From sequence record OP168898.1: DNA of 64,000 nt; one strand, written 5' to 3'. The notes under the pieces were generated by a model that saw nothing but the letters and a program-made list of their open reading frames with translations, was not told where the DNA came from and did not search any database. Made by a program: the position numbers and the translations under genes. Positions 42,416-52,228 of the stretch are shown here, piece after piece (the first letter of the stretch is position 1; every line of letters begins with the position of its first letter). The stretch is from Escherichia phage ZCEC14.

Positions 42416-43509
42416 TAAAAAGTCCCCGCATATAAAGAAGCACGGTTTAACGTGATAATTTCTCTCATAGTAATCTCGAGAGTAAATGTACTAGGGAGGT
42501 TTGGAGCAATAGCTAATCCGTTAAAGTTACCATTAGGTGTTTTGTCAAATCTGATGCTCTGTATTTGGCATGGACCAAATATTTCCGTTTTTCCATCAAA
42601 CTTAGATGTTGCACCAAAGTTTTTAACCATCCAAACTGTCGGGTTTGAAACTACTAGAACGTTAGTTAAACTCGATGTCATTTTCTCAAATAGTGTTTTA
42701 TTTTTAGCTGCGTCTTCCGGAGATAAAGGTTCAATTAACGTAGAACGATACCAATCATCTAAATACCCCTTTATTTCAGCAGCATATTGAGATTTACCCG
42801 TTTCACCATAAGAAAAATAGTTAAAATATTGATAGATATTAATAATAGCCATTAAATCTTCTGTTGAACGAGGAGTCAAATCCCATGTAAACACTTTAGT
42901 TCTATTTTCAGCACCACCATACATACTTCTGGCTGTCGTATAAATCTGTTCATTATTATCAGCCATTATACCTTGTGTTATACTTTCCAACGCCCCAAAT
43001 ACTGCGGTTGAAGCAATATTACTTAGCACTCCAGTAGCAGTACCTCCGCCTCTGCTGATAAGACTTTCTTGAACATCATTAAATCTATGTGATGATGTAT
43101 CAACATCAGATTTAGATCTCGGTAAAAGAATATTTGCGATAGGAGCTTTACTTATTGTTCCTGAATTATTATTTGATATTAATCCATTTGATAGTTTTGA
43201 TACTGTATTACTGATAGTGTTTCTGGCTGTACGTAAAATACTCGAAGATGAAGAAGAGTAGTTAGATCTCATCGATCTAAGACTTCCAGAATCCCTAGAT
43301 GACATATTGTATGCAGTAAATAATAATCCATTCTTATATAGATCTGTTACCTGGAAGTCCCCTGTAGTGTCATTACCACTAGCACGCCCAGTTGGAAACT
43401 GGGCAGTGTATGTTTTAGTTGTTACTTCTGATTTAGTACTCTGTCCGGCTGAAATTTTCTCACCGGACTTTTTAATTAAATCAGCAGTTATTTCTTTAAC
43501 AATTGCCAT
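42415..43509 (-). CDS. 48: gp48 baseplate tail-tube cap
   Basis: 364-aa ORF, T4 length; synteny. Confidence 0.85.
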   Translation of the reverse strand: MAIVKEITADLIKKSGEKISAGQSTKSEVTTKTYTAQFPTGRASGNDTTGDFQVTDLYKNGLLFTAYNMSSRDSGSLRSMRSNYSSSSSSILRTARNTISNTVSKLSNGLISNNNSGTISKAPIANILLPRSKSDVDTSSHRFNDVQESLISRGGGTATGVLSNIASTAVFGALESITQGIMADNNEQIYTTARSMYGGAENRTKVFTWDLTPRSTEDLMAIINIYQYFNYFSYGETGKSQYAAEIKGYLDDWYRSTLIEPLSPEDAAKNKTLFEKMTSSLTNVLVVSNPTVWMVKNFGATSKFDGKTEIFGPCQIQSIRFDKTPNGNFNGLAIAPNLPSTFTLEITMREIITLNRASLYAGTF

Positions 43510-43517
43510 ATTATTCC

Positions 43518-45290
43518 TTAATTAACTCCAGTCGCATCAAATACACCAGGAGCAGTTGTGCTCGTGACAGGTGTCATATTATGAACGACAGTATTTTTCT
43601 TAATAACATTATTAGTATTATTGATTGAAGGAGATGCTTGTTGAACAGGAGCTTGTTGTGCTTTGTTCTTTTCAATAACCTGGACTTGTTTTGCTTCTGG
43701 CGATTTAGCAGAAGTTTCAGGCTTGGCGTTAGGCTGATTTTTCTTGAGCTCTTGATAAGTAGCATCAATTTTAGAAAATCTAGCAGCAAGTTCTTTTTTA
43801 ACTGCTGGTGAATTATTTAAATCCGGGTCATCCATCCGTTTTTTAAGGTCTTCATAGGCAGCTTCAACTGATTTAACCGTTGAGTCTTTACTCATATCAG
43901 CTGAATCAGCATATTTTTCAAAGCGAATCATCGCGGCACGAGCTTCATTAGCCTTCATTAAAGCATTTTTTCTTTCTTCCGGCGAAAGTTGCTTTAATTT
44001 TTCTTCTTCCGCTGCACGTTCTTCGTCAGTTGTTAATGCTTCTTTATTATCAACACCACGAATCCAGTTAGATGCGCGAGTTTTCCAGTTCGCAATTTTA
44101 TCTAGTCCTTCTGCTATTGGACCGAGGTCTCCATTCATTCGTTTATCTTGATAATTTGCTACTTTTTCTTGGTCTTCTTTATTAAGAGATGCTCCAGTAG
44201 AATTTTGGAAATTTTCCAGTGCTCTTCCTTCTACTTCATCAGCAGTATCCTTCATGCCAGGAATGACTCGAAGAATTGCAGCAGATAATTTAGCCATACC
44301 TAATTGGATAAGTTCACCTAAATTATAAAGAACCTTTCCAAGTCCTTCTACAATAGCTACCGTCAAACCGCCCCAATCTCCCGCTTCCCAGAATTTTTTA
44401 ATTTCATCAATAGAACTAAAGATGCTTTGTAATAAAGGACCCCATGTTCCGGTTTCGCTAGAGAATTTAGTAAAGTCTGTACTAAACAAATCCCAAGCCT
44501 GCGAAAATTTATCTGACCAATATTTAAAATGAACCATCAACAGGTCTATTCCAACAACAACAGCCAATATCATTGCAGTCATTTTAGCAGCTTCAATAGC
44601 AGCGCTGACGGTATACTTAAATAACATGCTTGATATTTTATCAGTAATTGAAATGGATTTCTTAAATCCAAAATCAACAGTCTTTGTTAATTTATCTAAA
44701 GATTGAGATAATTTTAAGTTAAATGCGTCTTTTTTCTGTTTTTCTTCTGGCGATTCTTGTTTGGGCTCAACTGGTTGAGGAGTAGGGAAAAAATCAGCAT
44801 CAGGATCATTATTAACTGCTTCAGGAGCCGGTAATAAAGGACCCACAGATTCAGCTGTATCATCCTCAACGACTTTAACAGGAATAGCGCTTTCAACAGT
44901 GGCTAAACTGGTTCCTGTTTGTTGAATTCCAGCTGTCTGAATTTTTTGCTCTAATAAACTCGTTAATTTATCTAATTTACTCCCGAGCGATTCACCGATT
45001 TCTTTATTAATATTGTTGCCAATTTCGACAGTTTCAGCAATTAACTCAGAACCAGCAGTAGTATCACTCACTGCGTTTTCTACGTTGTCAATTGCTCCAA
45101 TTATTTCATTCGATTTTTCTTCGACAGTTTGAGCAATTAATTCAGAAGCAGCTTGAGCATCATCCAATTTCGTAGATATATCGTTAAGTCCAGATAAAGT
45201 GTTAGAAGCGGATTTAGCCGCTTCCTGTGTTGGTTTATTATCTGAAATAACTTTTCTACGCATCGTTTGCATTTCTTGTGGCTTTTTCAT
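43518..45290 (-). CDS. 29: gp29 baseplate hub / tail-length determinant
   Basis: 590-aa ORF, T4 length; synteny. Confidence 0.85.
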   Translation of the reverse strand: MKKPQEMQTMRRKVISDNKPTQEAAKSASNTLSGLNDISTKLDDAQAASELIAQTVEEKSNEIIGAIDNVENAVSDTTAGSELIAETVEIGNNINKEIGESLGSKLDKLTSLLEQKIQTAGIQQTGTSLATVESAIPVKVVEDDTAESVGPLLPAPEAVNNDPDADFFPTPQPVEPKQESPEEKQKKDAFNLKLSQSLDKLTKTVDFGFKKSISITDKISSMLFKYTVSAAIEAAKMTAMILAVVVGIDLLMVHFKYWSDKFSQAWDLFSTDFTKFSSETGTWGPLLQSIFSSIDEIKKFWEAGDWGGLTVAIVEGLGKVLYNLGELIQLGMAKLSAAILRVIPGMKDTADEVEGRALENFQNSTGASLNKEDQEKVANYQDKRMNGDLGPIAEGLDKIANWKTRASNWIRGVDNKEALTTDEERAAEEEKLKQLSPEERKNALMKANEARAAMIRFEKYADSADMSKDSTVKSVEAAYEDLKKRMDDPDLNNSPAVKKELAARFSKIDATYQELKKNQPNAKPETSAKSPEAKQVQVIEKNKAQQAPVQQASPSINNTNNVIKKNTVVHNMTPVTSTTAPGVFDATGVN

Positions 45291-45820
45291 TCAAATAATC
45301 CAATAATATTGCCAATTCCGGTTATTGGACCATTAGGGCCAGGAATTGCTAAAGTTGTAAAAATATCATTTGCCCATTTTAAAACGAATGCTGGCATCTC
45401 AAGAAAATTAATTTCTTTAACTTCATCATTGACCTTAAGCAAGCATTTGGATAACATATCGCTCACAGTTAAAAATTGTTCAAATTTTCCAGGAGGTCTA
45501 AAATAAAATGTATTTCCTTGGTATTGAAATTCTAATCTTTGGCACACATAAACATCATTAATGTCATAAGTATAACCATCTATTTCTTTACGAGATTTAA
45601 TCTTTCCATTAAATTCCAATAAATGAATGGAAACGAAATCAACTTCTGCTGGTGATAAATTCGGACAAATAGAATCAATAAGAAGTTTTAAATTTTCATC
45701 AGGTCCTTTAACATCTTTTAAAATGTTATAATGTTTAAGACCCATTTTAGGAATAGAAACTTCTTTATTGCTTATTGGAAGAACTACTTTCTTCAGTGGT
45801 AGTATCAGATTTAAATTCAT
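45287..45820 (-). CDS. 28: gp28 baseplate hub distal subunit
   Basis: 177-aa ORF, T4 length; start codon not verified (overlaps gene 27 by 56 nt). Confidence 0.75.
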   Translation of the reverse strand: MNLNLILPLKKVVLPISNKEVSIPKMGLKHYNILKDVKGPDENLKLLIDSICPNLSPAEVDFVSIHLLEFNGKIKSRKEIDGYTYDINDVYVCQRLEFQYQGNTFYFRPPGKFEQFLTVSDMLSKCLLKVNDEVKEINFLEMPAFVLKWANDIFTTLAIPGPNGPITGIGNIIGLFE

Positions 45821-46940
45821 TTTTAACCTTAACTGGGTCTATTGTTTCCAGTTTCGTTGCATTAGTGAACATATAAAGATGAGTTACTGAATTATTATTG
45901 GATAATTCATGGATAACTTCATCAACGTAAAATTCTGTTTTAAATTGGTTTTTACTATCATTAAAAATAATTTTAACGCCAGGAGTCAAGTTAAAATTAC
46001 CGACAGTAGAACATTTAGCATAGCCGTCATATTGTGCCATAGTTTGAAGACGAATAGCTTCTTCATATCCATTCCTATAAGTCATTTCAGAATAAGCACC
46101 TGACCTTGACACTACAATAGAGTTTTCACCCTTTCCTGTAGTAATCATTGGTATTGAAGAATCTAAAAATGAATGCGCATAGATAGTAGCATTTTTCATT
46201 GGGTCACGTTTGTGAGGATTCGATTTAGTCAACCAAACGAAATCATATGCTAATGGATATTTTAATTCTTGGACAAATTGACCTATTAAAGATGGCTCAC
46301 CGACAATCATTGGATATGGTTCTTGATTTATCATCATATCATAGTCCATCATGTTAACTCCCATGATGTCTTGCCACACAAATACAAATTTGTCACTTCC
46401 TACAGCTAGAGCAACTTCTCTTACATATGACAAATAGTTTTCAAATGTGCTAGTCCATGGAATATCAGGAACATAAGCATTTATAGCATTTATTGCTGGA
46501 GTTAATAATGTGCGATCCTGATAAATGACACCAAGCATTTCTTTTATAGATTCACCTGCATCAGGGAAAAATGGTCTACCAAATTTAAGATTTTCTATAG
46601 AATGAATAGTTCCCAATTCAATAGCAATGATGTTATCACCTTTTGAATCTACTGACACGGAAAAATGCTTACATCCATAAATTCGTGTTTTAACATTATT
46701 AATATCATTTGCATTAGCTACAGAAATCTGAATTATTTCATTTCCATCCATTTTTGTATGGATGTTTTTAGAATCATAAAACTGCAACATTCCTTCATTT
46801 CGGCCATAAAGAGAATCCCGCATAGTTAATGTGGTAATAGTAGCAGCTAATTCAACAAATCTATTATTACTCCAAGCGTCGTAGCTATCAAATAATTTAA
46901 CGCTGAGATTTGGATATCCGGGGCGTTGCAACATACTCAT
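45765..46940 (-). CDS. 27: gp27 baseplate hub subunit
   Basis: 391-aa ORF matching recalled T4 gp27 ([18 protein letters not shown]...). Confidence 0.9.
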   Translation of the reverse strand: MSMLQRPGYPNLSVKLFDSYDAWSNNRFVELAATITTLTMRDSLYGRNEGMLQFYDSKNIHTKMDGNEIIQISVANANDINNVKTRIYGCKHFSVSVDSKGDNIIAIELGTIHSIENLKFGRPFFPDAGESIKEMLGVIYQDRTLLTPAINAINAYVPDIPWTSTFENYLSYVREVALAVGSDKFVFVWQDIMGVNMMDYDMMINQEPYPMIVGEPSLIGQFVQELKYPLAYDFVWLTKSNPHKRDPMKNATIYAHSFLDSSIPMITTGKGENSIVVSRSGAYSEMTYRNGYEEAIRLQTMAQYDGYAKCSTVGNFNLTPGVKIIFNDSKNQFKTEFYVDEVIHELSNNNSVTHLYMFTNATKLETIDPVKVKNEFKSDTTTEESSSSNKQ

Positions 46941-47689
46941 TATTGTTTATCCTTCTCAATCAGTTTTAATACGAATCCGCGCTCAGCAGGAATCATTTTC
47001 ATTATTGAATTTAAGCTATAATTACTTTTTACGAGTGTGTGATTAATTTGATAAAAAGTAAATATCTCATCTGGGTTAACTAATAGCTTAAACACGTCTA
47101 CTATATCAGTGTATTTTTTAACGTACTTATTACAGCATGACATATGTAGAGTTAAATTAATAGGATTCATTGCATCGAGAATTTTTTCTAATGTTTCTAT
47201 CTCGATGGCGTCAACTAGTTCTATTTGACTGGACTCGCTAATTTCCTTCCAATCATACCATATTTCATCTACTTGAACAGAATGAATATTTTCAGTAATC
47301 ATCTTTGCTTTATTTTCATAAAACTCAGAAGGAAACTTTAATTTAATTTTAACATTAGCTACATCAAAAACAGGTTCCTTTAATTCTTTTTGATATATTT
47401 CAAATGGAACTGTCTTTTCTTTTTTACATTTTGGACATACAAATGTGACCGGTACTTTAGTTTTACCTATTGACCCTACAAATACCTGCAAAAATATAAA
47501 TGGTTGCCAAGTCTTCGGATAGTCTCCAAAATAATCATCAATTAAATCAGTAATTATTTCTTTTTGTTCTTGTGGTGACCGATGTTCTATATCGTTTCGA
47601 ACTAACAAAAAATCTCGATAATCTTCTACCGTAAATGGTTTAAAACGATGAACACCATCTGGTAATTTACAACGAATAATGTTTGCCAT
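46940..47689 (-). CDS. 51: gp51 baseplate hub assembly catalyst
   Basis: 249-aa ORF, T4 length; synteny. Confidence 0.85.
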   Translation of the reverse strand: MANIIRCKLPDGVHRFKPFTVEDYRDFLLVRNDIEHRSPQEQKEIITDLIDDYFGDYPKTWQPFIFLQVFVGSIGKTKVPVTFVCPKCKKEKTVPFEIYQKELKEPVFDVANVKIKLKFPSEFYENKAKMITENIHSVQVDEIWYDWKEISESSQIELVDAIEIETLEKILDAMNPINLTLHMSCCNKYVKKYTDIVDVFKLLVNPDEIFTFYQINHTLVKSNYSLNSIMKMIPAERGFVLKLIEKDKQ

Positions 47690-47706
47690 AGATGCTCCTT
47701 TTATTC

Positions 47707-47718
47707 TATTTATAAATA
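47707..47718. promoter_or_regulatory. overlapping divergent late promoters (palindrome TATTTATAAATA)
   Basis: TATAAATA on the + strand at 47711-47718 (23 nt before the gene 26 ATG) and on the - strand at 47707-47714 (18 nt before the gene 51 ATG). Confidence 0.6.
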
Positions 47719-47740
47719 TGATAAATAAAGGAGCTAAAAT

Positions 47741-48367
47741 ATGTATGAATACAAATTTGATGTGAGAGTTGGTTCTAAAATAATCAATTGTCGCGCATTC
47801 ACGCTTAAAGAATATCTAGAACTTATTACTGCCAAAAATAATGGTTCCGTAGAAGTAGTTGTTAAAAAGCTAATCAAAGACTGCACAAATGCAAAAGATT
47901 TAAACCGCCAAGAATCAGAACTATTGTTGATTCATTTATGGGCACATTCTCTCGGTGAAGTTAATCACGAAAACTCCTGGAAGTGCACCTGTGGAACTGA
48001 AATACCAACCCATATAAATCTATTACATACACAAATAGATGCACCAGAAGACCTCTGGTATACACTGGGTGACATTAAAATTAAATTCCGATACCCTAAA
48101 ATTTTTGATGATAAAAATATAGCCCACATGATAGTATCATGCATAGAAACGATTCATGCTAACGGGGAAAGCATTCCAGTTGAAGACTTAAATGAAAAAG
48201 AACTGGAAGATTTATACTCTATCATCACAGAGTCAGATATTGTAGCTATAAAAGATATGCTTTTAAAGCCTACTGTTTATTTGGCTGTTCCAATTAAGTG
48301 TCCAGAGTGTGGAAAAACCCATGCTCACGTAATAAGAGGCCTCAAAGAGTTCTTTGAGTTACTATAA
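47741..48367 (+). CDS. 26: gp26 baseplate hub subunit
   Basis: 208-aa ORF, T4 length; AAGGAG SD. Confidence 0.85.
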   Translation: MYEYKFDVRVGSKIINCRAFTLKEYLELITAKNNGSVEVVVKKLIKDCTNAKDLNRQESELLLIHLWAHSLGEVNHENSWKCTCGTEIPTHINLLHTQIDAPEDLWYTLGDIKIKFRYPKIFDDKNIAHMIVSCIETIHANGESIPVEDLNEKELEDLYSIITESDIVAIKDMLLKPTVYLAVPIKCPECGKTHAHVIRGLKEFFELL

Positions 48368-48765
48368 TGGCAAATATTAATAAGCTTTATTCTGACATTG
48401 ACCCGGAAATGAAAATGGATTGGAACAAAGACGTTTCCAGATCGCTTGGATTAAGGTCAATTAAAAACAGTCTTTTAGGAATTATTACAACAAGAAAAGG
48501 TTCAAGACCGTTTGACCCTGAATTTGGATGTGATTTATCAGATCAGCTTTTTGAAAATATGACTCCTCTTACTGCTGACACAGTTGAGCGCAATATCGAA
48601 AGCGCAGTAAGAAACTATGAGCCGCGTATTGATAAATTATCAGTTAATGTGATACCCGTTTATGACGATTATACTCTGATAGTAGAAATACGCTTTTCGG
48701 TCATCGATAACCCCGATGATATTGAGCAGATAAAACTGCAACTGGCTTCCAGTAATAGAGTATAA
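48367..48765 (+). CDS. 25: gp25 baseplate wedge subunit
   Basis: 132-aa ORF matching recalled T4 gp25 ([22 protein letters not shown]...). Confidence 0.9.
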   Translation: MANINKLYSDIDPEMKMDWNKDVSRSLGLRSIKNSLLGIITTRKGSRPFDPEFGCDLSDQLFENMTPLTADTVERNIESAVRNYEPRIDKLSVNVIPVYDDYTLIVEIRFSVIDNPDDIEQIKLQLASSNRV

Positions 48766-48831
48766 TGCTTCACGTATAAACGTGGTATAATGAATCTAAG
48801 TCCATCCAATAACAATTGAATAGAGAACAAT

Positions 48832-49245
48832 ATGAGATTAGAAGATCTTCAAGAAGAATTGAAGAAAGATGTGTTTATAGATTCGACTAAATTACAGTAT
48901 GAAGCAGCTAATAATGTGATGTTATATAGTAAATGGCTTAATAAGCATTCAAGTATTAAAAAGGAAATGCTTAGAATTGAAGCACAGAAAAAAGTTGCTC
49001 TTAAAGCTAAATTAGACTACTACTCGGGACGAGGAGATGGTGATGAATTTAGTATGGATCGTTACGAGAAATCAGAAATGAAGACAGTTCTATCAGCTGA
49101 TAAGGATGTTTTAAAGGTTGATACCTCGTTACAGTATTGGGGGATTTTATTAGATTTCTGTAGCGGAGCTCTTGATGCTATTAAATCACGTGGATTTGCT
49201 ATTAAGCATATTCAAGACATGCGGGCATTTGAGGCTGGAAAATAA
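48832..49245 (+). CDS. uvsY: UvsY recombination mediator
   Basis: 137-aa ORF matching recalled T4 UvsY (MRLEDLQEELKKDVFIDSTKLQYEAANNVM...). Confidence 0.9.
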   Translation: MRLEDLQEELKKDVFIDSTKLQYEAANNVMLYSKWLNKHSSIKKEMLRIEAQKKVALKAKLDYYSGRGDGDEFSMDRYEKSEMKTVLSADKDVLKVDTSLQYWGILLDFCSGALDAIKSRGFAIKHIQDMRAFEAGK

Positions 49246-49469
49246 TGAAATACAGCATTGATGATGCTTTTAATTATGAAGAAGAATTTGAAACGGAAAT
49301 TCAATTCTTAATGAAAAAGTATAATCTCAAGCGTCAGGATATTCGTGTCCTGTCCGATCACCCGTGTGGTGAAGATGTCCTTTATATTAAAGGAAAATTT
49401 GCCGGATATCTTGATGAATATTTTTATTCTAAAGATATGGGCATTGATATGCATATGAGAGTTGTATAA
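49245..49469 (+). CDS. hypothetical protein, 74 aa
   Basis: TAATG overlap with the uvsY stop. Confidence 0.5.
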   Translation: MKYSIDDAFNYEEEFETEIQFLMKKYNLKRQDIRVLSDHPCGEDVLYIKGKFAGYLDEYFYSKDMGIDMHMRVV

Positions 49470-49472
49470 ATA
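49465..49472 (+). promoter_or_regulatory. late promoter (TATAAATA)
   Basis: TATAAATA 26 nt upstream of the small ORF at 49498. Confidence 0.5.
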
Positions 49473-49497
49473 GATATATAATTCAGAGGAGACAATC

Positions 49498-49665
49498 ATG
49501 TCAGATAAGATTTGTGTTGTCTGTAAAACTCCAATCGATTCTGCATTGGTTGTTGAAACAGACAAAGGTCCTGTACATCCTGGGCCTTGCTATAATTACA
49601 TTAAAGAACTACCAGTTTCAGAAAGTTCGGAAGAACAATTAAATGAAACACAACTTTTGCTATAG
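49498..49665 (+). CDS. small Cys-rich protein, 55 aa, zinc-ribbon-like
   Basis: ATG after GAGGAGA SD; CVVC...GPC motif; own late promoter; <60 aa so not in track. Confidence 0.5.
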   Translation: MSDKICVVCKTPIDSALVVETDKGPVHPGPCYNYIKELPVSESSEEQLNETQLLL

Positions 49666-49688
49666 TGTGACCTTTAGTCTATAGTTTT

Positions 49689-49717
49689 GGCCCTTCCTTT
49701 TTGGTTGGGCCTTTTTT
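49689..49717 (+). terminator. rho-independent terminator
   Basis: GGCCC...GGGCC stem with internal loop, followed by TTTTTT. Confidence 0.5.
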
Positions 49718-49720
49718 AAT

Positions 49721-49951
49721 TTAAAAGCTTTCTTCTACTTCATCGTCTGAATCTTCTAATTCAGCTCTTTTTCCTGCCAAAGCATCTCTGACTGAGATGT
49801 CATCAGTATCTTTTAATTCAGTTTCTTTAACTCTTTTCTTATAATAAGCTTCAAGTTCTTCTAAACCTTCTAATGTTTGACAAGAGGCAATTTTACCCAT
49901 AAATTCATCAATAGAAGCTTCATAAAGAAATTGTTTAAATTCTAGTAACAT
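49721..49951 (-). CDS. uvsW.1: UvsW.1, small acidic protein
   Basis: 76 aa from the ATG at 49951 after GGAG (track start 49963 is TTG); T4 UvsW.1 length. Confidence 0.75.
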   Translation of the reverse strand: MLLEFKQFLYEASIDEFMGKIASCQTLEGLEELEAYYKKRVKETELKDTDDISVRDALAGKRAELEDSDDEVEESF

Positions 49952-49976
49952 CTTTTTCTCCAAAGGGCCGAAGCCC

Positions 49977-51488
49977 TTATAAATTAACTGTTTTCATTAC
50001 GTAATTAAATTTTTCATCTGCGTAGCGCTGAATACGATCAATGCCGTGTTTTAAAAGATAGTTCAAATGAACATATTTCTTTTTAGTATTAGCAGATTTT
50101 GGCTTAACACCACAATCATCTATGAGGTCCCAGACTGTTGCTATTGTCTTAGAACCATGCTTACGTAATACACGACCGATTGTTTGTAATACAATGATTT
50201 TTGATTTAACACCGTGCGCTAAAACAACGTGATGCAGATTTTTAACTGAAATACCAGTAGAAAATACACCATAACTAGCTACTATAATTATTCCTTTACC
50301 ATTTTCAGCTAAGGTTTTCATTATATTGCGGGTTTCGGTATCAACTTCCCCTGATACGTAATAAACTTTATCGTATTCATTTTTAATTAAATCGAAAATA
50401 GCTTTACCGTGCGATACATGTTTAAACATGACAAAAGCGTTTTCATCTTTTTGCGCAAGCTTAATAGCTAATTTCGCGATCCATTTATTTCTTTTACTAA
50501 GCCCAGTAATAATTTTTATTTCTTCTTGATAAGTTTTTCCCTTTAATTTAGTAGTGAACTCATCAGGATAGCGAAGAAAAATACTATTAATTTTTAACTC
50601 AGTTACTTGTCCATCTTCCATTAATTTAGAAGTCGTTACTGGTTTAAATATTTCACCAAACATTCCAACGTACTGCATGATATTGGCTTTGCCATCACGT
50701 AATGAACCTGATAGACCAAATTTAAACATACAGTTATTTAAACCTGATATGATAGATGAAATACTTTTTCCTGTAGCAAGATGACATTCATCATTCATCA
50801 TCATTCCAAACTGTGAGAACCATTCTTTTGGTTGTTTAACTACAGTTTGCCATGTACCAACAACGACTGGTGCATCATTTTTATATTTATCATCTTTTGA
50901 TGCTCCTCCACCGATTTTCTTTATCATTGCATGACTGAATAAACGATAGTCAACGAAGTCATCAGCCATCTGAGTTGTCAGAGCGGTTGTTGGAACAATG
51001 ATAAGAATTTTACCTTCATAATTTTCCAAATAATACCGAGCAAGCAAAGCTTGAATTAAAGATTTACCTGCGGATGTTGGAAGATTAAGAATTCTACGAC
51101 GATTAACTAATCCTTCGAACACTGCATCTTTTTGATACCAGTGTGGTTCAATTCTTTTATTTCCTGAATAGATTTCTAATTTAGAAAGCCATTCATCAAA
51201 ATCTTTTCTTGATAATTCTTCTTTTTCGTTAATCTGTGGGTCAATCCAGGCTTTATAGCCAAAGTTATCACAGAACTTTTTAATTTGCCCGACTAAGCCG
51301 AATGGAAGAAGGCGATTATAATCTAAAAGACGGATTCGTCCATCCCAGTGGCCATATTTGTATTTCGGATTAAAACGATACCCATCAGCTTCAAAGCTAA
51401 AGAAATCACGGAGTTCATGAAATGTACTTTCTTCACAATCAATTCTCACGTGACTAAAATCATAAAAATGTACTTTAATGTCAGTCAT
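49977..51488 (-). CDS. uvsW: UvsW DNA/RNA helicase
   Basis: 503-aa ORF, T4 length; helicase motifs PTSAGKS (Walker A) and DECH box. Confidence 0.9.
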   Translation of the reverse strand: MTDIKVHFYDFSHVRIDCEESTFHELRDFFSFEADGYRFNPKYKYGHWDGRIRLLDYNRLLPFGLVGQIKKFCDNFGYKAWIDPQINEKEELSRKDFDEWLSKLEIYSGNKRIEPHWYQKDAVFEGLVNRRRILNLPTSAGKSLIQALLARYYLENYEGKILIIVPTTALTTQMADDFVDYRLFSHAMIKKIGGGASKDDKYKNDAPVVVGTWQTVVKQPKEWFSQFGMMMNDECHLATGKSISSIISGLNNCMFKFGLSGSLRDGKANIMQYVGMFGEIFKPVTTSKLMEDGQVTELKINSIFLRYPDEFTTKLKGKTYQEEIKIITGLSKRNKWIAKLAIKLAQKDENAFVMFKHVSHGKAIFDLIKNEYDKVYYVSGEVDTETRNIMKTLAENGKGIIIVASYGVFSTGISVKNLHHVVLAHGVKSKIIVLQTIGRVLRKHGSKTIATVWDLIDDCGVKPKSANTKKKYVHLNYLLKHGIDRIQRYADEKFNYVMKTVNL

Positions 51489-51517
51489 GTCTAAATACCA
51501 TGTAATAAATATATCTA

Positions 51518-51525
51518 TATTTATA
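51518..51525 (-). promoter_or_regulatory. late promoter (TATAAATA) for uvsW
   Basis: TATAAATA on the - strand about 30 nt upstream of the uvsW ATG. Confidence 0.55.
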
Positions 51526-51538
51526 CTGAGGAAATATT

Positions 51539-52219
51539 ATGATAGATAAAGATTATATTGCAGAGCTGAAGGCTCTTGATGATAATAAAGAAGCTAAAGC
51601 TAAATTAGCTGAATACGCTGAACAGTTTGGTATAAAGGTCAAAAAGAATAAATCTTTTGATAATATCGTTGTTGATATTGAAGAAGCCCTCCAGAAGCTC
51701 GCTAGTGAACCTATGCCGGAGACTGATGGGTTATCTATTAAAGACTTAATTGATGCTGCTGATGCTGCAGAGGGATTAAAATATGACGATGAAGAAGTCA
51801 ATCCAGAAGCAGCACTTCTGATTGATTCTCCGGTTAAATCTGACATTAAAATTGAAGTAGTAGAAACGGATAAAATTCCTGAAAATACTGATATTTTGAT
51901 TGAAGATACTCCCTTTGTTGAAGAAAAATTTGAACAGGCTGTATCTGAGATTATTGAATCTGAAAAGCCGTCTGTATTTACTCTTCCGGAAAACTTTAGT
52001 CCGAATCTTCAGCTGATTGGAAAAAATCCAGGATTCTGCACTGTTCCTTGGTGGATTTATCAATGGATCGCTGAAACTCCGGATTGGAAATCTCACCCAA
52101 CTAGTTTTGAACATGCGTCAGCACACCAAACTTTATTTAGCTTAATTTATTACATTAACCGTGACGGATCAGTTTTAATTCGTGAAACACGCAACTCTTC
52201 TTTCGTAACATTAAAATAA
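51539..52219 (+). CDS. inh: Inh, inhibitor of prohead protease
   Basis: 226-aa ORF (T4 length) in the inh position; assignment mainly by synteny. Confidence 0.7.
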   Translation: MIDKDYIAELKALDDNKEAKAKLAEYAEQFGIKVKKNKSFDNIVVDIEEALQKLASEPMPETDGLSIKDLIDAADAAEGLKYDDEEVNPEAALLIDSPVKSDIKIEVVETDKIPENTDILIEDTPFVEEKFEQAVSEIIESEKPSVFTLPENFSPNLQLIGKNPGFCTVPWWIYQWIAETPDWKSHPTSFEHASAHQTLFSLIYYINRDGSVLIRETRNSSFVTLK

Positions 52220-52228
52220 GGATAACTT

